DNA of 64,000 nt, taken from NCBI GenBank assembly GCA_002633005.1, contig NMRA01000281.1, positions 496,527 through 560,526 on the forward strand. Reading direction: 5' to 3'. Made by a program: the position numbers and the translations under genes. The notes under the pieces were generated by a model. It was given only the letters and a program-made list of their open reading frames with translations, was not told the DNA's origin and did no database searches. This document shows, one piece after another, positions 38,429 to 51,100 of this stretch. Origin of the DNA: Phoronis australis. Its lineage: Eukaryota; Animalia; Phoronida. The stretch's first letter is position 1; each line of letters opens with the position of its first letter.

Positions 38429-41400
38429 AAACAGGTTTGTTTGAAGTGATTATGGTCAAGAAAGGCAAGCGTGAATGCCATCTTGTGACAAGTGGAGATG
38501 AACCTGACAGGATGCTGAACTATCAGCAAAGTGTTAAGATGAAATATATTTATTAGAGCTGAGATAAGATACTCTCATGATGTTGTTTGTTATCGTCATT
38601 TGTGATGGTTCATCTGGCTGTGAATTACTAGGGTTAGCTACTTAGTCAATTGTTCTGTATGTCTGAGTACTTGGTATTGGGACCAGAAAACAAGTCACTC
38701 GAACTTATCAACTACCAGCTGGTCTCAACTTTTGAAGTGTACCGGTGTCACTTTGGAAATGTACAGGTATGTCTAGTGAATCTAACACTGCGGCTCTTAC
38801 TTCACCATGCTGTCTCATATGAGGTCACAGCTTGTCACTCGGGTCACATCCTGTGGGTAATAGTTAATTGTCACAAGATTCAAAATCTTCCGTGCTTGCT
38901 CAAAATGTGGCTCATGTTAAGTCCGTGAAACCTGAAGTGCAATGAAATTGTTTCTCAAAAGCAGTGCAGATAAATGAAATGTTTGACACACCTCTGTTAA
39001 GTCTGCCTGTCTGTTGCATCGTGCAGTTCAGGCGATGCTTGGTCATGTATACATGTAGGTCGGTTGGGTGGACAGCTCCACAGAGCGAATAGCTTCACCA
39101 GTTGTCTGTGTGACATGTTATTGCCCCGGTTCGACACTGTTCGAGAAGGTTACTGCTAACTGAAACAGAGGATGCAGAAGTGCAGGTAAAATCTCACATA
39201 TTTCGGACAAAAGTAATGGACAAAATATTAATTCATTTTTGGAGAGACTTCTAAGGTTGCTGTGAACACTCGCATTTTGTCAAACATTGTATGATGATAA
39301 CTCCGGCACAGAACTAAGACATTAATTTGGTGCTAAGTATCTTTTATGAAAATGAGAAAATATAATTTCACTTCTCTGCTATATCGTGTCCTAAATTGAT
39401 GAGATTTTGTCTTAAGTAGATTTCGCACAATTAGTTATTGTTGATGTTGTATTGAAATTTTGATTGATATCAGTCCTGTCATTTAGATGCATAACCTCCG
39501 TTACATCCACAGGAACGATTATGTTCCCATATAGAAAACATTCAACTCTGGGTCATTTTTGTATGACCAAGCCTGCATTCCTTAGATGCAGGGTTTAAAG
39601 GAGAAAAACTAGCGTGATTAACTAGTTTGCTTGTAATACATGGACGTATTGCATAAAGTCTTGCGTGATGTCGCGTTTTCGCGAGCTCCTTGGGTCTAAA
39701 AAACACTAGTGTGCAGGACTTATGCTATATTTGAGTCTTGTAGGCTGTGTAGTTCATTTGTGGAATATTGTGTTGGTAATGTTGCTGAAATTGTAGCTGT
39801 TGTTTTGTGAGCCGTAGTTTATTGTTCACATGTGACGTTCAGAGTAGGTTTATTGTTCACATGTGACGTTCAGAGTAGGTTTATTGTTCACATGTGATGT
39901 TCAGAGTGTCTGTAGTCATCAGTTTTCACTGATTACCAGGTCACGTGAAGGTGGACATTACTGTTTTGTCATGAATGAGAATTTATATAAACGTGGAACA
40001 TTCATCATGATTTATATTTATCTCTTGGAAAATCTGGGTAGTGTGTAAACGTGTTTGTGTACAGTTAATAAATTTTAATGACAATTGTATATTTATTTTA
40101 GTTCAATTTTAATTTGATTTTGCATAATAATTGTTTGTACATCACATCTAACTCTCAAGCTCAGTTACATGTATTAGTACTTCTTGACCTGTAAGCATGA
40201 CTTGTGTTGATATATGAATACTGAATATGATGCTGATTTGTTAGTTGAACACAGGCCAGTGTGCAGAATTAACCTCCAGGAAGAACAGGGCGTTCAGTGA
40301 AACCTGGTGTTTAAGGTCATGGCTTGATAAGTGAAGTAATGCAGTTTTGGAAACTTAAAAATACAACAAAATTAAATGTAAGGCTATGGTGTTGAAACGT
40401 TAAATACTGTCGAAGTTCACGAAGTTAAAATATTTGTTGGCTGAAATCAGTCCAAGAAAATGTTGAACCAATAATAGTAAAAGGTTTTGAAAAAGTACAG
40501 CTTACAATGCAATGCATTTTTGTGAATTTCATATTCAAATTGGTGCTTTTGCTGACCAAAGAATCCCAGCAACCTCTAATGTGGACCATGCTTGAATATA
40601 AGTTCATGGCGTTATACAGCAGGTTTTAAGGTAGATTTTCAAAATCATGAACAGGCCGAACATTTGGCCTGCAAAGCAGGTGTGAACTGTACCATTTGTT
40701 ATTAGCATTGACATTCAAGGTTATAACATAAAGTTCTTTCAGTTAGGTTGTAGTCTGTTTCTCCTCTCGTTATTCTAGAAGTTATTTCCATCCAGTGGAT
40801 TTTTTGTCTAGTTGCACTAATTTGGTCAATTGATGCTCAGACATACACGCGTATTTCATGCAGTCCTCCCTGATTCTATTTGATAATTGACCTTAGCGTG
40901 ACCTGGCATGCCCTGTTACATCAAGCTCTGCCGATTTTTCATTTGGTTATTAAAGGTGGCGTGTTGGTAGAGTCGTAAAAGTGCAAAGGTTCCACTGGTA
41001 TCTTCGTATGAAATAACGTACATGTACAAATGCATACTGTGCACAGGATTGGTAGTGGAACCCTTGCCACCCACCGGAACCAGAACACTTTTCACATGGA
41101 CCGGAACCTTGCCTCTTTCTACAAAACACGTGACTCTGAAAGAACTTTTGAAGTGCACAAAGAACCCTTACTACTCAAGCGTTTATCCACAAACACAGTG
41201 CGTGGTTATAGTTCTTGGATCAGTGGTAGTTGTAGTGTGAATGTAAAGGCTCCACTCGCTGTTGAGAGTTCCACTGTGATATGTGTTCTTCCGCCCGTGG
41301 TAAGGTTTTAGTTCCACACTAATGTACAAATTGCTGGATTCAACTAGATGAGGCTGAGAAAGATCTATTTATTAACTTATAATTATTTTCATAATGTACC

Positions 41401-41530
41401 TTGTATTTTCACAATCATTTTCTATTGTTAATCTGTTACAGTGTAGTAATCCTGGTTCATATATGAAAGCTTTGTTGTTTAGATTTCGGACATTTTTAAT
41501 TTAAGAAGGTTGTCCCAAGCACAATAAATT
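38429..41530 (+). other. Probable long 3' UTR of rdgB
   Basis: T-rich sequence after the stop; AATAAA at 40067 and 41523; true end unknown. Confidence 0.35.
39818..39907 (+). repeat. 31-bp minisatellite x3 in the probable rdgB 3'UTR
   Basis: TTTATTGTTCACATGTGACGTTCAGAGTAGG. Confidence 0.9.
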
Positions 41531-41899
41531 CGCACGACTAAAGGAGCTGTTTAGCTGTATGAAGTTTGCATCATCTCACAAACGGAAGTCAGAGCTCTTG
41601 ACGTCACTAGTGTATTAGCAAAACGGCTACGGTAAAGTCGCGCGATTTTCGGACACTCAAAATTAATTCCTATAGAAAAATTCATGCTTGGACGAATCTC
41701 GCGAAACATCATTTTTGTGGTGTCCGAATTTGGCGGACCTCCAAATTTGGGTTTCTGTTCGTGTCCGAATTTCGTGGGTGTACATTATTTCGATGAGCGG
41801 TCGTAGTATCAACATTGCTGGCTCGGTCATGTGATAGCAGTTTAATTGCACTGAGGTCAATGAGACTCGAACGGTCTGCACGATTAATTTTTGAAAAAC

Positions 41900-42275
41900 T
41901 AGCTTTCCCAATAAGAAATGTTCGTTGTCGACGCACAAAGACCGTTCCCGACAAGTATTGGTTCTTCTTTTCAAAAATGCGCTATCTCACTTGAAATATC
42001 TGGCTGCGTTGTGAAAAAAATGTTCCTGGTGACAAATGTAGGCTTTCCAATGAGTACGTCTGGTTTGCGTCGTTGACACACATGACAACTGATTCTCTTT
42101 TGTAAAAATGCGTTTTCTCAATAAAAAAATGTCGAGTTTGCGTTGTCGACGCACAAAGAGCGCCCCGATAGACGCTTTTGTAATGTGGTTTCCCAATAAA
42201 AAGCTGGACTTGCGTATTCGACACACAAAGAGTGTTCCCGACCATCAAAACATGCGCTTTCTCAATTTTAACGAA
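41900..42275 (+). repeat. Degenerate ~70-bp tandem array (about 5 units)
   Basis: Recurring TTTCYCAATAA...TTGCGTTGTCGACRCACAAAGA...AAAATGCG. Confidence 0.7.
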
Positions 42276-43156
42276 TTTTGCGTTCGGCAACGAGTTCAAT
42301 GAAGAAAGTCATGAACAATGATGAGAACATAGTATATATTTGTATTTGTTAAACGTATCCATGCATTGTCTGCTGGTTACAAACCGAAACGCAAGTTAAC
42401 TCTGACACGTTTATTTCCATGTCAACTGAAAGTTCAGTTTCAACATGAAAACGTCGACTGAACAATTATCCTAACTAGATTGCAAAGACAACCATGATAG
42501 TAAAATGAGTGGTTTCTCATCGACTCGTGATCCCCATTCGTCGTTCTGGTAGTCATCTGAATTGTTTAAGAAGCGCATCGGACTCGGGACCACTGTCGTT
42601 CTATATGTTTGGGCCTACTGCTAACGATGGGAATGTGTCGACTCGTACAGTGCTGCGCGGCTGAAGACACGATTAACTAACATGTAGAAGGGCGTTGTCT
42701 AACCGAATGCAATTTCAAATGCTACCAACATCAAAATTAAAATAAAAACAAGTGATTTATGCTCTTTCTGTGGTGAACACAGTGAAACTTTTCTCCATCT
42801 GTTTTGGAAATGTCGTCTTGTCTCCGTTTTCTGGCTCCTGTTTACTGACTGGTTAAAGCAAACATATCATGTAAATTTTCATGTGGACAAGATAGCAGTG
42901 TTTTTTGGTTTTTTGGGAAACATTCAGTCGGAAAATTGTAATATTAATTTGCTGATCATGCTAGCAAAAAAATACATATTTAGCCAAAAGTTTGTTAAAA
43001 AAAATCTTAATTTCCAATTGTTCATAAACTTTATTAAATTACATCCTGAAGGAAATACGGTACTTGTTGAGTAATGATTTAATGTTATTTTTTGTAAACG
43101 ATGTATAGTATATTGTTTGATTTGACTTGTAATTATCATGCTAGAGCAAAATAAAA

Positions 43157-43978
43157 NNNNNNNNNNNNNNNNNNNNNNNNNNNNNNNNNNNNNNNNNNNN
43201 NNNNNNNNNNNNNNNNNNNNNNNNNNNNNNNNNNNNNNNNNNNNNNNNNNNNNNNNNNNNNNNNNNNNNNNNNNNNNNNNNNNNNNNNNNNNNNNNNNNN
43301 NNNNNNNNNNNNNNNNNNNNNNNNNNNNNNNNNNNNNNNNNNNNNNNNNNNNNNNNNNNNNNNNNNNNNNNNNNNNNNNNNNNNNNNNNNNNNNNNNNNN
43401 NNNNNNNNNNNNNNNNNNNNNNNNNNNNNNNNNNNNNNNNNNNNNNNNNNNNNNNNNNNNNNNNNNNNNNNNNNNNNNNNNNNNNNNNNNNNNNNNNNNN
43501 NNNNNNNNNNNNNNNNNNNNNNNNNNNNNNNNNNNNNNNNNNNNNNNNNNNNNNNNNNNNNNNNNNNNNNNNNNNNNNNNNNNNNNNNNNNNNNNNNNNN
43601 NNNNNNNNNNNNNNNNNNNNNNNNNNNNNNNNNNNNNNNNNNNNNNNNNNNNNNNNNNNNNNNNNNNNNNNNNNNNNNNNNNNNNNNNNNNNNNNNNNNN
43701 NNNNNNNNNNNNNNNNNNNNNNNNNNNNNNNNNNNNNNNNNNNNNNNNNNNNNNNNNNNNNNNNNNNNNNNNNNNNNNNNNNNNNNNNNNNNNNNNNNNN
43801 NNNNNNNNNNNNNNNNNNNNNNNNNNNNNNNNNNNNNNNNNNNNNNNNNNNNNNNNNNNNNNNNNNNNNNNNNNNNNNNNNNNNNNNNNNNNNNNNNNNN
43901 NNNNNNNNNNNNNNNNNNNNNNNNNNNNNNNNNNNNNNNNNNNNNNNNNNNNNNNNNNNNNNNNNNNNNNNNNNNNNN
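43157..43978. other. Assembly gap (822 n)
   Basis: Run of n. Confidence 1.
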
Positions 43979-45566
43979 CATGCATTTACCGTTCGCCAGT
44001 GTCTGGTCTCGATCCGCACCGGGTCCGATAGGCTGCGGTCCCGAGTCTGGCAAAATAATTTCTGTCAAAATTTATTCGCCACATTTCTTCAGCAAATTCG
44101 ATAAAATTGTCTGTAGTTTGATTTTATTAAAATTAAGGCGCGCTGTCGATCATTTTATCCCCGTTTGCTGGCTGGTAACAGTACAGACACTGCTCGAGTC
44201 GCACTGACGGCGTTTTCTCGGCCTGGGTTCCTGAATGAATTGTACTTTCGGGTTCGCGGCAAGTTCAAAATGGCGGTGTTTCTTCGGGTACGAATCGTGA
44301 GTGGCGCGTTCATTTAAACTGTTTTCGAGTACGGATCGTGTATTAGTTATGGGGTAGATACTTCTTGGATCCTTATAACATCTTCTAACCATGTAATAAG
44401 AGTTAACAACGCGTGAGAGAAGGACTTTAAAGAATTTTCTCATCCACAGCCTTTGAGACGCCCGATGTAAACTCAGTGATACACTGGCGCGTCTTCATGC
44501 AACTGGGGTGACCAAGCAATTCTGGATTCGCTTACGTTTTTAACCACAGTGAAAATTCTGACTTGTGAAATCTGTTCGTGGATGAAATGAAACTGATAAT
44601 CCTTAGCATTTTCTGATAATCTGCGTGGAAGATAACATTGTCGATTCTTCTGATCTTTACCAGTTTAACGCCGTCCACGGTCGTCACCAGTTTCGCGCAG
44701 CTCTCCCTCAGTCACTACTAATCCCCCGGCCTCCTGCTGCACACCAATGTTGATTTTGAGCCACTAATTCTACGGGAGTCTTCACCAGCAGAATATATGC
44801 CCAATTTTTGTATCTTAAATTTTTCCCTGAAATATACCTGGGATGCATGTCTGAGAATAAAAATGCATGCTTGAAATCTAAAAATAATGCTATTCTCACC
44901 AGAATATATTTAGGGTGAGCTGTGTTCGTGTATTCGGCATTGCCGAGCATAGGACCTTGTGTATTTTTACATAAGACGTTTGGTTTCCCGAACTTATTAT
45001 ACGGAAATCGGTGGTAATACTTCCCAAAATTATTTACCCTTGCTTTGTACTGCTAAACACGCAACGGCGTTTTTACATGAGCACTACCAAGACGACAATA
45101 AAAAATGAAAGACGTTTGAACTGCACAGATTTTTAATGAAAACTTTCGTTTCAACCCAAAAATTGCGTTGTCAGAACCACTGACTGTTGTATGAAGTCAA
45201 TGGTGACTCATTCCTTGCTAATTTGTTACGTATGTTCTTTCTGTATAAATTCTTCAATACCTCTCTGTAAACAATTTTTGCAAATGGTTATTATATCTAT
45301 TAATAACACTTGTGGTAGTGTTGTTTTTTGTATCTACCCACACTGATGTTAAATAAACGTTTTACTTACTTACGTACTTTCTGTATTCGTAAGTACAATA
45401 ACTAAGATCAGTTATCATCATGGTCGCCGTCCCGTCATCAGTTGCGTGCGTGGACGGCAAAATAAATCTAATATTTGCATTACAGGACGTTACTGACTAG
45501 AAAAGTTATTTTGTGAGACGATCCCAAGCTAGGATGCGAGCCTGCAACCCAAGCAGTGACAGCCTA

Positions 45567-47311
45567 CATGTGGAGAATTTCTCGCTTACACTGGTCAACG
45601 CTCTGATTCCCTAAGCCCCAGACAACTTTTATGATGGCTATTCAGAACGCCCCTTGTATTGATGTAGATCTGAGCTAATGAAGTGGAAGGTAATAGCTAG
45701 CACTACTTTCTTAACAATGGTGGTTGTTAGTACACCCAAATTGGTTTTCTATGGAATTTGCACAGAGTTAAAGCCTGTTATGTGAAGAGTAGTTTTAACT
45801 TGGTACATTTTAAATATTACAAAAATATTAAAAAGATAACTTGCGTTGATCTTGACAAAGGACCACTTCTCAACCGAACGTTGTCTTCTTAAATAAGTTT
45901 CGTGTCTGTTTTCATTACGTTATCTTTAATACTCCGGTCTACTTGCTTTTTTTCTTACCGGTTAGAGTTCCTTTCATTTTATTTCGTTTTTTTATGCGAA
46001 GTATCAAAACAACTTAGAAGTCAGTTAATTGTGAACCCATCCCTGAATTTTCCAGATTACAGCTACACCAAACATGTCACAGCAAACAAAACTACACGTG
46101 CCATTAGTTCATGTTCAATCTTTATTGGAACTCAAATCATAAAATATATACAAAAGTGCAAATAAGGTGATAGCCAAACTGAAGATTTGGAACCTCTGGA
46201 CAGTTTTGGTTGCAGTAACTCCATAACTGTTCTAGCTTTTCCTCAGTCATAAAAATGAAATCACAGCTCATGCCCACAGACCAACCTCATCCACTGCCTG
46301 CACTCTCTCTTTGACTACAAAGCTATCCATCTTCTTGTCTTCACACGTATTCCATTACAACTACAAGCTAACAATCAAAATTGGCGCATTTCCGCGAATA
46401 TCAGTTGTCCGGTTAGTGTACTACTCCCCGAGTAAAGTAGTTCGGCATGCCCTGGACCATGAGCGATGTTTTAAAAGTTGTTGACATCTAATTTAGTCAC
46501 TGTGTGTTGTTTATGGATGTTTCAATGTAGCTTAGTTGTATATTAAAAGAATAATCCATGTGATATTGTTAACTCTGATCAGCGTTTGTAAATCCACCGA
46601 GTATATCAATACGCGCAGTCGTTTATATTCAATCGTGCCCAGTGTTCGTAGTTTTTAGCTTAATAGTTCATCGATTGTTTTTTTCCGAGTACCGCTGTGG
46701 TATTTGTTTTTAACGAAAACTGTTAGTTAATGCATTTTGAAAATTCGCCATTATGTACAGGCTGAGCATGTGGAGAATTTCTCGCTTACACTGGTCACTG
46801 CTCTGATTCCCTAAGCCCCAGGCAAGTTTTACGATTCTTATTCATCACGCCTTTTGTATTGATGAAGATCTGAGCTAATGAAGTGGAATGTAATAGCTAG
46901 CACTACTTTCTTAACAATGGTGGTCGTTATTACACCCAAATTGTTTTTCTCTTGCATTTGCACAGAGTTAAAGCTTGCAATGTGGAGAGCAGTTTTAACT
47001 TGATACAATAAATTTTAAATATTACAAAAAAGACTAAAAAGTTAATTTGCGTTGATCTTGACAAATGGCCACTTCCCAAAATAACGTTAGTTTTAAATAT
47101 GTTTCATACCTGTTTTCATTACTTCATTTTAATACTCCTGTCTACTTGTTTTTTCTTACCGGTTAGGATTGCTATCTTTTTATTTTGTGTTTTAACAAAG
47201 TATCAAAACAACTTAGAAGTCAGTTAATTGTGAACCCATCCCTGAATTTTCCAGATTACAGCTACACCAAACATGTCACAGCAAACAAAACTACACGTGC
47301 CGTTTGTTCAA
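45567..47311 (+). repeat. Diverged ~545-bp direct repeat (45567-46112 and 46767-47311)
   Basis: Both start CATGTGGAGAATTTCTCGCTTACACTGGTCA and end ...CAAAACTACACGTGCC; many internal substitutions. Confidence 0.88.
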
Positions 47312-48011
47312 GTTAAATCATATTTGCTGTATCATGTCTACCGTCACGAGTGCGGCGTACCTGACATCACATAGATACAGCATAAATATATGTGATGTTT
47401 TTTCATTTTTACACAGATCGTCATTTGACGTCATAAATTATCTTACTTCACAAACGAAAGCTTAAGCGCAGATTTAGCAAACGAAATTCCGTACTGAAAA
47501 CTGAAAATAGATCTTACTCTGGAACTTTTACGATTCCCGGTGGATATTTCCAAACTCCAGACGTTCAAGGAACATTGATTACGGTAAGAGACTTTCTACT
47601 AGCGCAAATGTGGATTTAAAAAACAACAAATCAAAGTGGAATAGAACTCTTCAAAAATGGAAGGCGTTTCTTCCTATGTGATGAGGTCATAAGAAAAGGA
47701 TATAGAAGAGTAGAGCTCGGGTAGCTGTATGTGCTCAAAATGTGCACAAACAGACAGGGATGGTCTCATCGTAACTACTCTTATTATTATACGTCAGACC
47801 CAGTCTTAGTAAGTCAATTGTCCAATTTTCTTTTAATCTACTTTGGTGTTTCTAATAACACTGGTTCAAATCGTGACTAAAACTACCCAGTTTGTAGCCT
47901 TTATGAGGACGGTAGAGGCTCGTGTCACTGCAATAAATCATTCTATCTCCCCACGAAGAAAGCAGATTTAAGATCTTGTTTCCCTTATAGATTAGCTAAC
48001 AACGGTTCGTC

Positions 48012-48166
48012 ATGCCTCGGTCAACAATATCAGACGCCAGCAGTGCTGACCTCGAGGAGTACCTTCAAGACCAGGAGTTAGCCAAGCTACAACGCCAGAT
48101 GCACGTCTTGGACGATCAGACTCAGTGCTTTCAGTCGCAGGCCAAGCAAACCATGACGAAACAGCA
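48012..48166 (+). CDS. ODAD1: ODAD1-like coding exon 1 (acceptor at 47990 implies an upstream 5'UTR exon)
   Basis: ATG at 48012; MPRSTISDASSADLEEYLQDQELAKLQRQ...; CA|gtaag. Confidence 0.82.
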
Positions 48167-51100
48167 GTAAGGCCAGCGACTTTCTGGTCCATTCAGCTGT
48201 CTATTTCACGTTGCAGCTACGCAACAGCTCGTCACTCTTACAACTGTTTTTATTTATTGATGGGAAATAAGGTTATAGCAACTTTAAGAAAAATGGTTCG
48301 ATAAATATCCACCATTTTAGAGGCCACTGCTATTAAAAAGAACCCAATTGTAGGCATTTTGAATTAAAGTCCAACTCTTTGGACTGTAATCTCTCTAGCC
48401 TTAACAATTTATAGAGCATGAAATTTGTGTTGCAAAAGTCAAATACTTTGCGGTGTAATTCCTAACCCATAGCAACCCTTTCGCAGAAAATTAAGTCGGA
48501 GAAGTTATACTGAAAAACTATCCATCTCAGCGACATATCCTGTTCACACACTGGAGGATCTAGGATGTCGCGATGGGAGGAAACAACGTGTCTATCTAAG
48601 GGAGCAACCATCAGCTAGCGAAAGCAAAAATGTCAATGTGCCTAAAAAACGGTATGCCGACGGCGTTTTAGGTAGCGTTCTCAGAGGAGACCCCTGTCCT
48701 CATAAACCCCCAATGATGTAGGACTGTATGGTACCTACGCATCAAATTGATTTAGCCCACTTACAATTATAAAACTGATTTCAACTTATTCCAAACTCAG
48801 ATGAAAGTGAGTTCTAGGGCTGTAAAAACGTTCGTTACTGCTGACTTGTCTACCATGCTCGGCACAGAAAATGACACGTCGAGACAAGCCAACCTGTTGA
48901 GCCTGGTAAGAAACAACTAACTATCAATTCTCTCCAGGCTTAGAAATCAACTCTTAATTTGACTACGTAATTAGGAAAACGTTGAGATCACTTTTGTAAC
49001 AGTTGTCTAAATCAAAAGTAATTTTTGCAACACATAGAAGGGACGTTTTTAGCAGCTTTAGTGCCCCGAGACAGATGGCGCAGTAGTCTACGATGACAGC
49101 GATAATGAAAATTTCAATGATAATAGTTCACCCCTTTCATTCCCTCTGAAGACAAGAGCTGCAGATGCTGTCTACTGAAGGTCAGGAGATCGTCACATCA
49201 CTGAACCGTGCCCTAAGTGAGAAGTACATGACGGAGGACCAGAAGATGACGGCACAGCTGATCTCCATATTGGATGCCGAGGACTTGATTGAGGAAGCTA
49301 TGAAGGAGGAGGAGAAACGAATGGCCGAACTCAACATGCAGGTAAAGCGTCATCTGTCACTCCGGTACCTGTTTTCGCACCTTCAAATTTCATCCAAGGA
49401 AGTGATCGTGAGCAAAGTTCAATCTAAATCCAGTTTGAAATTTACATGACTTGCCTTACGCCCACTGAATACCGCACATGCACAGACAACGCGCAAGCGT
49501 TAGGAAAATGTCCGAGGTTTTCTGGGTGCCGAATTTTTTGCAGTATACTCAGACAAGAGCGTTCCGAAATGCTAATGATACACAAAAGAAGACCACGTGA
49601 GCAACATAAAACCTATCGCATTGCAACTCACTGTTGGCCACAGCATTGTTGGAAGTTATTAACGAATATTAGAGTAAACCCAACCCAACCCAGCTGTGTA
49701 GTTTGATGACTCCCGCGTTGAAAGGCACTAGTTTGTACTCGCGGCGAAAATTCTTCGCTCATGGATGGAAACATTGAATCAAAACCCAAAATTCAACACT
49801 CCAACCTCACCGACCAATCACTCCAGTGGCCGCCATTTTGCTAGGATAATATAATAATTTACTTCCTGGCTTTTCTTGCAAGAAACTTGGTCTACGGAAA
49901 ACGCTCATCCGAACTATATCCTGTAGATTTCCTTGATGGAGGCAAAAGTCAATGAACAGAAAGCTGAAATTGGTGGACTAAAAGTTGTGGAGCAAAAAGA
50001 GGTGCAGACGCGCAGGAAAATAAGGACACTTTCCAATAGACTAGATAAGGTAATGGGGGGTTACTTTTCGTTAATGAAATATTTCGATGTGTACTTGCAC
50101 AGCCACAGTAGTAATTTCGTAACAGTAGCTTTTTTCATTCATGTGCTATTGACTAGGACATTACTTTTTAATAAGTATATTTGCAGAAACTGAAATTAAC
50201 AAAGGAATAGAGTAGAAAAAAACAAACAAAAACAGATTCACTCTCACATTCACACATTCCAGCTCTGCTTGAATTCATACTGCATGTATGAGGTTTTCAA
50301 AAATCCCAGCCAGTCAGGGGGTCTTTTTCTAGATTTCATACTCTTCCATGTCTTGGCAGTGTCAAATAAAATTGGGTGAAATCACTGAAGTACATGAATA
50401 CATGAAGACTTCGAACAAGAATATATAAATTACTGAGCTAACGTTGATGTGTGATTAATTTCATAGCCATGATCTCCAAAGTATGCAAATAACAGGACAC
50501 GCTTTTCACTCAATAACAGGTTATCTCCAACGACGTTAGAAATCCAAGTTTGTAATTTATTTCAAAAATAAAGTACATGCTCACATTCCAAAAACAAGTG
50601 ATTAAAAGTTTCTACGAGTCCACAAAATGAGCATTTGTCGTTTTGGACTATTTTGATTTTCTTTAAAATGAGGTTGGAGCAACAGTTTAAAGGGCATAAT
50701 ATAAATCTGTTTAACTTGCTGGTTATCAAATAATTCTAATAAACTGTGTTCTACATCAGGAACTGATATCTCTCTGGAAAGTAAGTTACCTTTTGTCCAT
50801 CGCGTATCAATCTGATTCGGTGCAAAGTCGTGCATGGTGCTGGCTCTATCATTAATCGGAATATCTGAAATTTTCATTGTCTTGGCCAGCATTGTAATAG
50901 CTGATGTAGAACACAGTTTTTCCATTTATCAAAATATTTTTGTTATTCCGTACAACTTGATTTTTCAAACCAATATTCTAAAGTAGTCTGTTATTTGCCG
51001 CCAGGACCATAACACATGAGGGTACAATAGGTTGAAATTTTCACTAAGCAAATTTTTATAAGCATAATTTGATTTTACGATTAAACAACCTCCATTCTTT

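Noticed and set aside
41900-42275. Repeat-and-variable-linker pattern superficially like a CRISPR array
   Set aside because: Repeats are too degenerate, the linkers resemble each other, the context is eukaryotic and there are no cas genes
42924-44068. Four long ORFs of 292-353 aa
   Set aside because: Artefacts of translating through the n gap
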